In this document: one piece after another, positions 12,801 to 25,998 of the stretch
Position numbering within the stretch: position 1 is the stretch's first letter
Layout of the letters: each line of letters starts with the position of its first letter
NCBI GenBank assembly: GCA_973895155.1
Contig: OZ316891.1
Coordinates: forward strand, 20,844,169 to 20,908,168
Direction of reading: 5' to 3'
Source: Marsupella aquatica
Taxonomy: Eukaryota > Plantae > Marchantiophyta
Length of the DNA stretch: 64,000 bases
Notes under the pieces: model-generated
Databases searched by the model: none
What the model saw: only the letters and a program-made list of their open reading frames with translations
What the model was told of the DNA's origin: nothing
Position numbers and translations under genes: made by a program

Positions 12801-15800
12801 TATGCAAAGAAGGCAACAATCTACAACAATTTTTGGCCATTGCTGGCAACGAGGAGGATGATGTAGGGTCCATGCTGCTATGCTCTATTGCAAGCTACTG
12901 TAGATACGTTAGCCCAACGAAGAAATCTGCACGAGGGATCAATTGTAAAAAACTTACTGTAGACAAGCTACTGATTATTGAATGCATGCTACTGGTAGAG
13001 GAGGTACCTCAGATCTTCCCAGTTTGAGGGCTGTGGGCCCTCCTCTTTCAAATTGGTACTCTATTATGGGTTCTACTGTACCTGCTCTCTTACCTTTCCC
13101 ATGTCATTTTCACTAACCAAAAACTTGATTGGGGGCTGTCAGGAAGATGGCAAAGTTAAGGGGACTTAGGGGGGCCTCGTCCCTTGAGCACGACACTCCA
13201 CCTTTGCCCCTTTCGATGAGGGTCCATGCAGGCAGATGCAGGAAACACACATTTGACCAGCACATATAACCCCACAACGGAGCCTTGAAACTGCCTGGTA
13301 GGAGCTCCATTTCTTCTGATGCGAACCAGTGAATGCACACACTTAAACATGTGCAAAAGCACTCATAAAACTGCAAGTTGAAGTGAAGGTTTCTTCCTCC
13401 CCCGCACACCAACATGACCATGACCCTGCCCCACGCGACTCTGACGAAGACGCCCCTTAAGAAGACTGGGAAGCATACACAGGCTAGCAAAAAAAAAACA
13501 GGCCTGCACCATGGAGCCTGACCGAGCCCAAGCAATGCCTGCTTGTGCCTGTATGGACCAGTCTCAAAAGGTGGGAGCGCAAGGCCAAGGGGCCCCACCA
13601 AGTCAGTTGTTGCAATTACAAAAACTACAGAATTTGCATGAAAGAAGTAAGTACATTATTCACCATAATGAGTGTTCCTCACACTAACTCAAGAGCAGAA
13701 AATTTTAGGCTATACTCATGAATAATTTTACACTATTTCTGTTATTAGTTACACTATTTTCTGCATACATGAATGAGTGTTACTTTGGACTCAAGATCAC
13801 ATTCACCAAAATTCATGCTACTAACACTAAGTTTGTTGTAGCACTAAATCTTGCATAACACTAATGACGGTGAACAGAGTGTCACCCCGGCGAGAGGTAA
13901 CTAGGAGAGAATAGCGAGCAAAAAATCAAAAGAAGGGAGCTTAAATTCCACAAGACCTAGAATACCTTAATAAATGGGGGCACTCTTTTCATTTTCCCTG
14001 GCCCAAAGTTCACCCTGGTTCCCGCCCTGGTTGTGTAGGGTTAACTTGGTCTTTGGTCTTGGTTCCCTTCGTTTATTCTAACAATAATGAAATAAGAAAG
14101 CAAAACAAAACAAAACCGGGAACAAAACAAAACAAAACAAAACAAAGAAGAGAACCAGGTGGGGGTGCTCTATGAGCCCTATGGGTTGTATGAGCCCTAT
14201 GGGTCTTTTCAGTTTGTAGCTTAGTAGGGCTTAAGTTGGTTTGCTGCTAATGGGGACTCTCTGGCTTTCTGGCCCTTTGGACTTCTGGAAGTTTTCCCTG
14301 GTTTCTCCCCTTTATTGGGTCTCTGGGACCCATTCTCCAAATTAGGTGTCTTTTTGTTCTTTGGCAGCATGATATATATCACAAAGAATAAGTTGAATCA
14401 AACTTACCCTTTGGACCAATGTTCAAAGTGGCCCCACTATGGACAAAACTCCCAGACAAAACTGCCAACTTATTTTCAATCAGTTTATGATACTTGAAAC
14501 GAGACCACGTGAGGCACAAATGGTGTCCCATTTTAGATAAATGGGTTTTTTGGGTGTCCTTTTCACCTTCCCCCCTTACCCCTCATGGCCACGTGAGGTA
14601 TATATGGTGTCATATTTTGGATATACATGGGGCACTTTATTGCCCTTTTTACCTTCCCCTTCCCCTCTTGACCATCCATAACTCTTTCTCCTTTTTTTTC
14701 GCTTTTATTTGCTGGGCTAGGAAAACTTGAGGAACACATTTTCATAGATTGTGGACATGGGCCCCAAATAATGAGACTAAGGTGGGTCCTCCTGCCCAAG
14801 TTATCTGTGTTGGAAAAGAAAAATAAATCTAGATATTGTAAGGTTGGACCCTTTGTTTGGCATTATTTAAAGATATTAGGGTGGGGCACTGTTTCGGTAT
14901 GGTCCTCCAACGGATATAATTTCCATCGAAAATACTAAATGGTCTGGGCCCCCCTCTTTAGCATACCAACGGGGCCACTCTCCATGATATATGGATTTTG
15001 TCCTGTGGGTGTTTGGATTGAAAAAGGTCCACTTCTCCATGTCTCAAGGTACTCTCTTCCAAAACTCAAATACAGGTGAGGTATGGGATAGTTTGCACAT
15101 TTGCTCCATTTCATTTTTTAATCGCACTTTGACTCTTACTGATTGGTGGGGTTCTCGATGCCATCTATAATCTTTTGGCTTCGGCATAGCCCAGACGTTT
15201 TGATCTCGTGGAGGAATGGAATGTGGGCATGTTTTGTGGGAATGGGCAATTATATGAGTTTGTAGACCACGTCCCTAGCAATATAAGCCAATGTAGGTAT
15301 ATTTAACATTGTGCCAAACGGGGAGACAGTATCTCAAAGGGAGCAGACCCAATAAAGGGAGAAAACAAGGATCAAGAGTCTTCCAATAAGTTGTCAACGG
15401 TTCCAGATCTGATTCGGCAACCGATGCCTCAATGGCTTACCTGTAGAGGATGGTATTAATTCATTACACTGTCAAAGAGCAAAACTTGACAAGCAGGGAG
15501 ATAGGATCCCCAACGCAAGAGAGAGAAACAAGAAAAAAAACCCAGGAAAATCAAAGAGCCAAAACACCGAGAGCCCCAACAACAGCAAAAAACTAGTGCC
15601 CTGCTGAGCACCAAAACCGAGCGACAAACTCAAACGCCTGGTCAAGCCCCGAATGGAGTAAACCGCATAACAGGGTCACAAAGAGCTATTTGTGTATATG
15701 TTCATAGCTACTATGTAAAAAACTGGGATCTATTACATTATTGCTCTTTTTTGTCATATTACATAGTTTGCCACAAAAAAGGGTGATAATGCAGTAAATC

Positions 15801-18800
15801 TCTGTTTTAGTTTCTTAGAAAAAACAGAAAAACTCTTGGAAGTATTTGCCATGCATTTGCAGAATGGGCTTTTGGACCTATGGTATGTATTATTAAAGCT
15901 GTGGAATGGCGGTTTGGTCCTTTGTGCCAATAATGGGATTGAAAGTTGTAGTGTAGATAAGGGAACACTATCTGATTGTGGATGGGGTTTCATAGCACTC
16001 TTCCTTTAATTGATTTTTTGCTCTTAGGGTTCACCTTTGTACTTTTTAGAGGTTTCAAATGATTTTTGATGTATGCCAACAGAAAATTCAGATTCTACAA
16101 TGTTGTTTTGTGTCAATAAGAATTCAGAAAGGCTTCACAAGCTGGGAGGGAGGGATGGCACATGTTCATTGGACTGTTCATCTTGACGACAAAGTAAATA
16201 ATATGGAATTTTCTCAAAGATCCAAAACTTGAATGTTTGAAAGCAAGGCTATAGAACTAGATTTGACGAAGGCAGTCTTCAGTCTTAAGCAAGATCCCTG
16301 GTTGCCAAAGGAACCAAACATTGTCCAACAGTTGATTGAATGGGACAAAAGAAATCTAAGAGTATTTACATACTATAGCAAAGGCCTGTCGCACTTAGAC
16401 ACTAAGATCCCAATAATAGTTGGAAGTGAGAAGACCATGAACTTTAGGTACCAAACAAATTCCATGGGGGGCTCAGGCTTGGGCTGTTTAGTTAATGAAG
16501 CTTGCACTTTTCACTAAGCACTCAATCATCCTGGCACTCACACAACATAGATATTTTATTTATTTAAACACAATAATGTGCATCTCGTTCTTTCTTTTGC
16601 ATGGTCTCTTTACAAAAATCAATTTGGGCGTAAAGCCTCCCTGGCCATTGGATTATGGTGACATTCTGCACCTTTCTATGAAATAGACCTAAGGTGTCCT
16701 TGTGCACCTTTCCCACCCCAACCAGTCACTCTCAATTTTGCTTGGAGGCCACATTTCAATGACTACTACTTCATGCAAGCAATAGTTAGAGGGTTTCAAT
16801 GCACAGATACAAAAGACAGTGCTCTTTCACTTATGACAACAAAATAACAGAGTGTGTTCTATGCACACAAGATCACTAGAAAAAGAAATGTTATAGCTAT
16901 GGAACAGAGAATCAACAGGGCTACATTACTTTCCAAACAATATAAATACAAGTCAGGACTACAACTTGACAAATATGAATTGCTCTAGTTCAGGGAATAT
17001 CAACCCGGGATTGTCCTAGCCAAAAACCTTACACAATTAGTGTTATTTTCTTTTCAAACCTGCCCCATTTTTAAATTAAGATTACCCACAGTAACTAGGG
17101 ACAACCATTAATTCCCAGATAAGACCAATGAGAAGAGTGTAGAAGCTTCTTTCAGTGTACGAAACCCAGCTCCCAAGATCGCTCATACTTCCGCTACGAA
17201 ATTTAGAAGCTTCTGAATGTTTCTGAAGTTTCGATATACATATATCTGTGGACAATTGGTATCGTTGGTCGAATCTGCAATGCGACCAGCCAGCCAATTC
17301 ATAGCTTCTACCAGGATCACATGGGGAGAGGAAACTCAGTGACAAGACTAATCGTCCTTGGAAAAGCTGAAGGCGAGCTTGAGTTTAATGATCGAAGCTG
17401 GGTTTTGTACCCAAGAGAACACCTCATTCTCCTAATTGTGATATTTCTCGTACCTTTGCCATTCCTGGGGCGGCTGTACAGTTCATCTAAATCCAACTAA
17501 GTCAGTCATATCCGTTGGTGACTGAGTTGTCGAATTCAATTGTCCTCAGTAGCTTTCAGAAAATGTAGCTTTCTACCGCATTGGCTTATTTGTAACTCAG
17601 TTCAGAGGCTACCTCAGATGTACAGGAAAGTAAGTAGCATAACTATGAATTTCAGCTGAAGCTCCAGAACATATACGAACTATGACGTGCCTTGCCTTAC
17701 CGCCATTCGTGCTCCATTCTCTGCACGATAACGTGAGTCTGGAGAAGATCTCAACCGATGATCACCTCTCACACTGCATTCAACTGGACGTTCAACCATT
17801 GCTTTCTTCACGCTGCCAGTTCTCACCTTTGACTCGGTTCTTGGTGTCTCGTCTTCAGGGCGTCACGGTTCTTGGTGTCTCGTCTTCAGGGCGTCAGGTC
17901 AAAATCCCGAAACGAGAATTTGAAGGGGGGTACTGTACAGTCTATTGGTGAGGTAGGTACATGATTCATGCGTGCCATGTACTAGTAAGTAGCAAGGACA
18001 TAAGGATAGCGGAAGATTCTCCATTATCTTCAATCCAGTACTATTTTGCAGCCTGTGCCATGTACTACTGATAAGCTAAGTGGCAGCGAGACAAGGACAA
18101 GGGGAAGGTCCTCAATTGATAACTAGTACCAGTTCACCATGTTTGCAATCCACACGATGGGTTCTAGTAATGGTACTCTGCAGGAGTCGTATGACTTACT
18201 ATACTATAGCTGTATGGCAGTTGCACTGACGAGAATTGTCCTGTGTGACAGAAAGCTACCTTTCCTACACTTCATATGGTTCAGTTCGATTTGATGATTG
18301 AGAGTCCTTAGAGTTCATGGGACAGGGAAAACTACCGTCTCATGTGCTTCACATAGATAAGACCCATTTTGAGATTCGGAGTACGTGCAGATCACGGGGC
18401 ATTGATTGACCTCAGGGGCATTTTTATGGGCATTGCTCGGGTGATCAATTTGACAGGTGTAGATACCTTTGCTACGTTCACAACGTACTTTATTTGCGCT
18501 GTAGTGTGATATGGCTTCACAGAAAGTGAAGCCCGGCTTTACAACTTCCACCACGATCAATATAGTCGAATGAAGTATTGTCGAATAAAGTAAGACCCTA
18601 ATGTAACACTCCTACGCTGTCTTCTTGATGTGCTAGGATGTCCAACTCTCATAGGTAGTACTCATATTTCACTCTCCATTTCGTTTTCTGATTGGTCGTC
18701 TGAGTTTTAGGATCTGACAATACGTCCGCGTCACGTGTTCTTTCATTTCACTTCTTTAAGGCCCCTCCAAATTTCTGTGTGAGGCATCAGAACAATGCAT

Positions 18801-20321
18801 CAGGAACGTTCAGTTCTGATTTACAGAACACTATCTGGCCTGAGAAAGAAATTCCATCATGGGAGTCGACAACCTCTGCGTTGCTCCACAATGCCAAAAT
18901 CCCCCCGTACGTTAATATGTGAAAGTTTCAAGGGGGTTCTATCGGGAAAGTCTTCTAATCGAAATTCCGTGCTTGTGGCTCCTAATGCATCCTGTTGGTG
19001 ACTGCATCCGCTTATCATCCTACAGTCAAAGTGACTGCTCCCCCATATGTAACCTGTGGCAATTACCCATGCTCCTCAACTTCTGCTTCACAAAAACTGT
19101 TCTCATCGTATCGAAGCAGGCTCTGCAAAACTGGTACGGTTTCGATTATCCGCAAAGAATATGGTCCGTACCTTCGTAGGCAAGAGCTCGTGAAAACCAC
19201 TGAACTGGATAGCCGTCGGAATTGCAACGGTCTTCTACCCAGCAAAAAATGTGAGAAGACTTCACAATTGTCGGTAGTTGCCAATTTCGATATTCTTTCG
19301 AACAATCCTAATCCCAGTTGTTCTTATGTTGGTAGTTGCCGGCTCTGATAATCTTTTCTTCAAACAGTACAAGGGTCTCAGACGACCCACTGACATAGTT
19401 GGCTGCTGGAGTTTTCCCAATTCTGAACTCGATTTTCGAGTTCAACGAGGGCAGTGCCATCTGAAGCCATTTGATCGAACTCAATTACCTGCTTGGCCCC
19501 GTGAGAAGAATTTTTCACAAGTTCAATCTGTTATATGCCTTATGTTGGACACAATCTTATTCATTCTAGACTTAAAGCTGTGACTGGCGCTCAAAGGGAA
19601 AAACAAATCCTTACGCAATGTTGTGGAATCCGCTGTTCCAGAGCTCGTCCAGCTACTCGATAATATCATATAGCCAGAGAGAGAGAGAGAGAGAGCTGTG
19701 GTAAGCAATTGAGAGGAGCAACTTGGGCTCCAGTAATACCATTGACAGGAAGCAGAAATGAAATTGGGATTACTGGAGTCCAATTTCAAACGGGAGCAAC
19801 AATCTTTATGCAATGTTGTGGAATCCGTTGTCTCAGAGCTCTTCCAGTTACTCGAGAAAGCCATAGCAAGAGAGAGCCGGGCCGGTAAATTGGTGAATAA
19901 CATTGAGCGGAAGCAGATATGAAATTGGAATTGCTGTAGTCCAATTTCGAAACGGATTTCAGTGATCAAGGGCAACCACAGAAAATAATCCAGGAGCAGC
20001 AGCTGCCGCTTTCTCGCAAGTAAGCGTTGGACAGGCAGTAATTTTCGTGCCCTAAGGGCACAAGAAGAGAGTTCGAGTGCTACATAACCTAAATTTGCAG
20101 GTGAAACTCCAGAATCAATGAACCTCGGAGTATGAAGGGGAGGAGACCTGTCATAGCTTCGACAGTATTGCAATATTGAGCTAACGAAGGGACACGCCAG
20201 GCCCTGGTTTCGAATGCGTTAAGAGTGGATTAAATATTCAACCTAGAAATCTCACCGGGGGTTACATGACATGACCCACAAAAACGAATTGAGCAGCAGA
20301 CTGGCACCCCTAGTTTGATGT

Positions 20322-21374
20322 TCACTGTATAAACAGAACATCTTCCGGTGATATCGTCTTAAATGATCCTCTCGAGACTGCTCCTCTTTGCCTTTGTCTC
20401 GGTGTCCCTTTTTTTTGAAACACAAACGTTATGTACACATAAGCAGCATCCCATTCATCGCTACTAATCGAATTGTCGCTCTGCCCATCACCCAATGCCC
20501 CCAACTTGCGCATCAAATCCCCGAATTCCGGCAACTGGATCTGCTCATTCACAAACTCGTGAAAGTTCTGCTTCATCACTAGCTGCAGACCGTACTCCTC
20601 AGCCAGCTCAACGAACTTGGGGAAGGGAACGAGCCACTCCGGGCAGTCGACCGCATCCTCCAGATGAAAATCATACTGGATTCCAAACGGAGCCGCCGAC
20701 CTAAACTTCTTATCCGGATAGTCCGTCTCCGAAAACGCAATCCGGTACACGCTGTTGCCAAAATCATGCCCCTCCGCTGCCCTCAACTTCCGCACGATGA
20801 CATTGGCATCGGGGATCGTGCCGATGAAGTACCCCCCTGGGAGGAGATACGATGTCGCATTCTGCAGGGCCTGCCGAGCCCGCTCCTCCGTCGACCACGA
20901 GTAGTGCAATGTGAATTGACAGCTGCAGATGTCGAACGGAGGCACATCTTTCAGCGCCTCGTCCAGAGACACCTCGTAGCAGTCGGCGCAGACGAGGCGG
21001 GCGGGGAAGGTGAAATCCTTCCGCTTCGGTTGATGGTCCGTCTGTCCGTTGTACCGATGTCGCGCGTCCTCGATGGACCCTGCCGCGATGTCGACCCCGA
21101 CGTAGAAGCTGACGAGGGCCTTGTCCCACTTGATCAAATCTCCGCCCTTGCCACAGCCGAGGTCGAGAACCGCATCGCCCCGCTTCCCGTAGAGATGGAT
21201 GAGCACGCTCTTGATCCAATTGTTAAGCTTCTTCAGGTGGATTATGGGGCTGGCCTCCCGCTCCTCACGCGTCTGATTCGTCCTGTTGCTGTAATGGTCC
21301 GCTACTTTTCGCGCTAGCTGGTCGTGGTCTTCGAATGCTTCCTCTCGATCCCTCTTCTGTCCCGGCCTACTCAT
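20322..21374 (-). CDS. mRNA cap guanine-N7 methyltransferase (RNMT/Abd1 family), intronless, 350 aa
   Basis: Motifs SPIIHLKKLNNWIKSVLI, SAM-binding VLDLGCGKGGDLIKW, FDICSCQF-LHYSW, LLPGGYFIGTIPDA and LEDAVDCPEWLVPF. ATG at 21374 (MSRPGQKRDREE) is preferred over the upstream non-ATG start in the ORF track. Confidence 0.95.
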   Translation of the reverse strand: MSRPGQKRDREEAFEDHDQLARKVADHYSNRTNQTREEREASPIIHLKKLNNWIKSVLIHLYGKRGDAVLDLGCGKGGDLIKWDKALVSFYVGVDIAAGSIEDARHRYNGQTDHQPKRKDFTFPARLVCADCYEVSLDEALKDVPPFDICSCQFTLHYSWSTEERARQALQNATSYLLPGGYFIGTIPDANVIVRKLRAAEGHDFGNSVYRIAFSETDYPDKKFRSAAPFGIQYDFHLEDAVDCPEWLVPFPKFVELAEEYGLQLVMKQNFHEFVNEQIQLPEFGDLMRKLGALGDGQSDNSISSDEWDAAYVYITFVFQKKGTPRQRQRGAVSRGSFKTISPEDVLFIQ

Positions 21375-21604
21375 CCTACTCTCTCTTCCTCGTTGTGAAA
21401 CCCTCCACCTCGGCCAAGACAGCAACTGCCCCACCAATCTCTCAAATCCTCATCCTAACCTCTCCTTCTCCTCTCCAATCGGGAAATCTCTCAAATCTCT
21501 CCGATCTTCATCATCTTCTCTCTCTACCTCCCTTCCTCGTTGTGAAACCCTATTCCTCGCACGCGACACCTCACTCGAGAAATGTCTCAAATCCTCATCC
21601 TCCT

Positions 21605-21960
21605 CTCTCTTCCAACCTGCGAATCCCTTCCCATCGAACAAAACAACCACTCTTGAAAACCTCTCAAACCCCCCGTCAACCCTCTCGAATCTCTCAATGT
21701 TTTCGGTCCGAGAACCCTAAGCTCCACACTAGTTCCTTCTTTCAATTGAGAGAAGAACAATCGAAGGTTCGTGATTACCACTCCTCATCATACACTCTCT
21801 TCCAACCTGCGAATCCCTTCCCATCCAACAAAACAACCACTCTTGAGAATCTCTCAAACCTCGTGAACCCTCTCGGACCCCTCACTGCTTTTCAGTCCGA
21901 GAACCCTAACCTCTAATTCTTTCGCCCGTTGAGAAGAGCAATCGAAGGTTGGTGATTATC
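21605..21960. repeat. About 190-bp tandem duplication upstream of the cap methyltransferase
   Basis: ctctcttccaacctgcgaatcccttcccatc...aaaacaaccactcttga...ccgagaaccctaa occurs near 21605 and near 21795. A shorter repeat cttcctcgttgtgaaaccct occurs near 21385 and 21532. Confidence 0.75.
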
Positions 21961-22239
21961 GCGGACCGACAAAACTCCGATCAAATCGCGAATGTCAGTC
22001 ACGGAGCTGCATGGCAAGAATAGAAGACGATCATGGAACCTGGAACATGGAGGGAGAGAGAGGAGAGAGTAGAGGTGAAAGAGGTGAGCGACATAGAGCA
22101 ACAATTCAAAGCTGGTCCCTCCTCCTATGCACTTTACTCTATAGAGATCTGTCGCTCTTTTCAGTGCTCTGCTTTGGTTTTTTTTGTGCCTCCAGCTTTT
22201 TACTCTAGAGCTTTTTCAGGCTTTTTACTCTAGAGCTTC

Positions 22240-22790
22240 TGCCCTTAGTGCTTTTGGGCTTGCTGCCTCCGGAGCTCTATTAGGCTTCTCAATTTAAAGC
22301 GCCACTGTCCCCTAAGAGAAACCCGGTGGATCCTAGTCACTAAAATAAACCCCAAAATGTGCTCAAAACAATACAAGAAAAGTGTTCCATTGTGTCCTCC
22401 CCAAACCTGGTAGACATTGAGTGGTGGTTTAAGGTTTAGTTGGGAGCTCTATTAGGCTTTTCAATTTGAGGTTTAGTTGGGCTTTAGTGCTTTTACAGTT
22501 CAGACTTTTTGACTCCTTGGCTTTTGGCTCTTTGGTTTTTCATTTTGTGGCTTAGTTGGGTTTCAGTGCTTTTGCCACGGGGGCTTTTGACTTAGCTTTT
22601 GGCTCTTTGGTTTTCCAGGTTTCCCCCTTTATTGGGTTTTATGGCTTAGTTGGGTTTTAGTGCTTTTGGCTCTTGGATTTTCCAGTTTTTTAGTTTGTCT
22701 TCCCCCCTTTATTGGGTTTTTGGCCTTTGGGATTCTTGTCTCCTGCTAAGCCATTTTGTTCCTTTGCAATTCTATATATAGCCTTCTCGA
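22240..22790. repeat. Degenerate T/G-rich repeat, member of a dispersed family
   Basis: Repeated ggcttagttggg..tcagtgctttt and ttcccctttattgggt motifs. Similar motifs occur at about 14220-14350 and, inverted, near 15345 and 61560. Confidence 0.5.
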
Positions 22791-24009
22791 TTGCCTTGCG
22801 CTCAGTGTGTGTTGGAACTAAAGAAAAAGGTTTCACTCCACAATTTGGTAGAAATTGAAGCTAGCTAGGACCTCCAGCTTTGTCAAACTACTAGGATATC
22901 TTACTATAAAAATGTAAACTGAAGTCTACTCTTAAAGGCCTAGGTCTAGAGTGAAACCTCTGGAATATAACTCCTTAAACAAACAAAATTGATAATGAGT
23001 TTAGATAAGGTCAAAATTTTAAATGAGGGGCAACAAAAGTGACATTAACTCTAAATAAAGACAAAACGGAAATGATGAGGATGGACAAAAAACAAGGATG
23101 GGGCAAAGACTAATCAAAATAGCATATAAATTTTATTCTGCATGATTTTTCTTCATATTTGTTTACGTTCAAGGAACGAGTCATGGGGCTAGTATTTTTG
23201 AACCGGGATTCAGTGCATAGAACCCTATTTTCTTTTCTTCTAATATAGTACATATTATACATTTAAATCTGCTCACAATGCCCGGTTGAATATTTGCTTT
23301 ACTTTAAGAGGGCTTGCTCTTTGTTGTCTTGTTCAATTGGAGTTAGTAAGAACATTGATTTATTATAAATTTTTTAATTTTCAAAAGTTCCAATCACACC
23401 GTAAGTGCAATCTTTCACACTCGCTTATTTCCAAATTTCATTTATCATTTACCAGCTTTGGTAGTAGGATAATTTTTCAAAATGTTATGATTATTAATCT
23501 TACAAGCTTGTATCCGGCAAGGCTTGAAACCAGGACCTCCCTGTTTTCACACCAACCAGTGGGCTAGACTTAAAGTCTACATAAGTTTGCATAATTTTTC
23601 ATTAACCAAGAGTTTGTACTTTGTACCTTTTGATTCCAAACAAGAGTGCACAGAATTATGCCATATGAAAGAGTGATACACAATCCACTTGATGAATGTA
23701 AGACAGGGAGAAGGAAGGAATGCCCCACCTGATTGTTGCATACTATTTTTTCCTCTATTACCCCCGCAATTGCAAAACCTTCTAAAGTTGCACCCACAGA
23801 TTAATCTTAGCCCCTATCTCAGCCTTACGTTCCAACTATTTAAGTTGTTTATGGGAGTCCAAATCCTCAAAAAGGGGCAATATGGTAAGTAAAATAGTCT
23901 AGGGGGGAACTTGGTAATTTAGGTCAATTTTGGTACTATTCATGTATGTAATGTTACAACCATGTTTTACAATTACATACATGAATAGCTTTGGTTTAGA
24001 CTCAAGATG

Positions 24010-24385
24010 CATTTAGGGTGGTTTTACAAGACATCAGGGGCCCATTGTTTATTTGTCCTCCCTCCAAGATTTAATGTGAAGTCTAAGTAAGTAATGTGTG
24101 GAAAAGTTCAGTAAGTGCAAATCCAATGAATGAAGAAGACAAAATTTTCAAATGTTTGGACCATGATGGTGGTCTAAAATTTTAGACAAAGTACGTACTC
24201 CATGTCAGCATTGACTGGGACTGCTTGCCATGTAGGCACCATACCTGAATATATGGTCCAGACCTCCAAGTTCCTATAAAGCCTATTGCAACTGATTACA
24301 CTCATTACATTGTCCAGATTTAATCTAGAGGGGAATAACAGAACAATTGGCCCCTGGACGTCTTGTAAAGTTACCTAGAGATGTT
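24010..24385. mobile_element. Degenerate foldback/MITE-like element
   Basis: ttacaagacatcagggggcccattgtt...ccaagatttaat (about 24025-24076) is an imperfect inverted repeat of atttaatctagagggggaataacagaacaattggcccctggacgtcttgtaa (about 24318-24369). Ends and TSD not resolved. Confidence 0.5.
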
Positions 24386-24783
24386 TGGTCATCTATACTA
24401 TAATTAGTGATCAAAGTCTACCTCTCCATAGGTGAAATTATGGGTCATAAGTTCTTTGCTAACCAAAAAAACTATAGGTCATAGGATTTTTGTAAAAAAA
24501 TTAATTGATATTTATACTATACTTGTAAGTAGACATGGGGGGCAGGGGGAGCTGTATTGTGCATATGCAAGTGGGGCGTTTGGGCTAATAGATACAAGGA
24601 GCTGTTTGGTCATTAGAGTTACACTTAAAGTGGGCTGAAACAAGATGAATCAACCATTATTTAGGGGGCTCTGCTCTTGTGATTGAAAAAAAAGAGTTAT
24701 CTCAAAGGAACCAGAGAGCTAGTGAAGATGGAATATCACTCCAGTTGTGAGGTTTTCATTTGTTCATTTCATAAGAATCATCA

Positions 24784-25998
24784 TCAAGCTAGAGCATCCA
24801 GCCGAGGCTCAAAAGCAATGCCATGGATGAGGCGGTCTTCAGAGAGGGAGCAGGGCGGCAAACGCCTCCACAGTTTCTTAGTCAAATCATACAACACAGC
24901 CAATCGAATACGACGATACCTCACCACGTACAACAACACAAAATTTCTGTACCCAATGCATCGAAAATCGGATCCATAGCGTAGAAATTGCTCACACAAG
25001 AGCTTTGGCATTCGATCCACCTTCACCCACTCCAGATCCTCCCACTGAAACTCAAGCACATATATGCCCTTCGTCACATTGTCCTTGTTCAACCCACCAA
25101 CCATGAAGAGCTGCCCCTCACACTCGACAAGCCGGTGCCCTTCAAAGAAGCGCGGCATCCGAGCATAAATCTGAGTCCAGCATCCAGACCTCACATCATA
25201 AGCCACCAGTGCATCTGAGACATAGCACCAAGAGTAGAGAATCCCCTTGCAAGGGACTGCAAGAGAGTGGTATGAGCCTGGCGGCATGCCTCCAGTGGTC
25301 TTCCAGCTGGAGTCTGTGGATGTGAACATCTCCGTTGTGGGACGAAGTCTGCATGTCTCACGAGGATTTCTCCCAGAGGGAGGAATTCTCCTGAGCCCAG
25401 ACACGACCACATGGTAGAGCCCTTGGTCCTGTTCTAGAAGAATTCCCACTGCGTAGAGAGGGAGGATTTCCATCATGGGAGGCAGCTCTCGCCACGAGTT
25501 TGTGAGCGGGTTGCAGACCACGAGTGTCATTGTTCCTAAGGCATTGAAGCGGGAGATGAAGCATACCAGGCCTCCAGCAGCAGCACATGGGTAGAGAGAT
25601 TCGTAAGGTGGGAGGTGAGCGAAGAGGGGGATGCGATGCCATTTGTTTGTGCTGTGGTCGTGAGTTATGCCATTTCTATAGTCTCCTCTGGTGAAGATGA
25701 GAAACCAGGGACCTGTGATGGGGCCCTCTGAGCATGCTCTGAGGAAACCTGAATTTGTCAATAGGTTGTTCCATTTGCTACAAACTGCTCGTGAGCGGAA
25801 GAGATCGACAATTGGCAAGCGTGCAATGATCTTCTCTATGATCGTGTCCGGCAAATGGCTCCAAACCGAGGCATCTAGAGTCACCTCGGGCTCAACGTAA
25901 GATGGCCTGGAACGCAGGCATGAGTCCCCACACACACTTAATTGTGCCAAGTCATTAGTCAAATTGCTGGAGCTCACCGTGGATGTGAGATCTACCAT
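24784..25998 (-). CDS. F-box protein with kelch/beta-propeller-like C-terminus, intronless, 404 aa
   Basis: F-box motif WSHLPDTIIEKIIARLPIVDLFRSRAVCSKW, followed by typical plant F-box/kelch motifs AAAGGLVC, VVCNPLTNSWRELPPM, LVECEGQLFMVGG, WVKVDRMP and YDLTKKLWRRLP. Ends FEPRL. Confidence 0.93.
   Translation of the reverse strand: MVDLTSTVSSSNLTNDLAQLSVCGDSCLRSRPSYVEPEVTLDASVWSHLPDTIIEKIIARLPIVDLFRSRAVCSKWNNLLTNSGFLRACSEGPITGPWFLIFTRGDYRNGITHDHSTNKWHRIPLFAHLPPYESLYPCAAAGGLVCFISRFNALGTMTLVVCNPLTNSWRELPPMMEILPLYAVGILLEQDQGLYHVVVSGLRRIPPSGRNPRETCRLRPTTEMFTSTDSSWKTTGGMPPGSYHSLAVPCKGILYSWCYVSDALVAYDVRSGCWTQIYARMPRFFEGHRLVECEGQLFMVGGLNKDNVTKGIYVLEFQWEDLEWVKVDRMPKLLCEQFLRYGSDFRCIGYRNFVLLYVVRYRRIRLAVLYDLTKKLWRRLPPCSLSEDRLIHGIAFEPRLDALA

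Noticed and set aside
19523-20173. 216-aa minus-strand ORF
   Set aside because: Non-ATG start, runs through a microsatellite, and looks like the antisense shadow of a decayed + strand relic.
20664-21317. 217-aa antisense ORF over the methyltransferase
   Set aside because: Expected shadow of GC-rich codon usage, with no recognisable motifs.
21335-21916. 193-aa Ser/Pro/Leu-rich ORF
   Set aside because: Arises from pyrimidine-rich duplicated promoter/UTR sequence on the opposite strand.
23510-23570. Possible tRNA gene
   Set aside because: A/B-box-like motifs are present but no complete cloverleaf can be drawn. More likely a degenerate SINE head.
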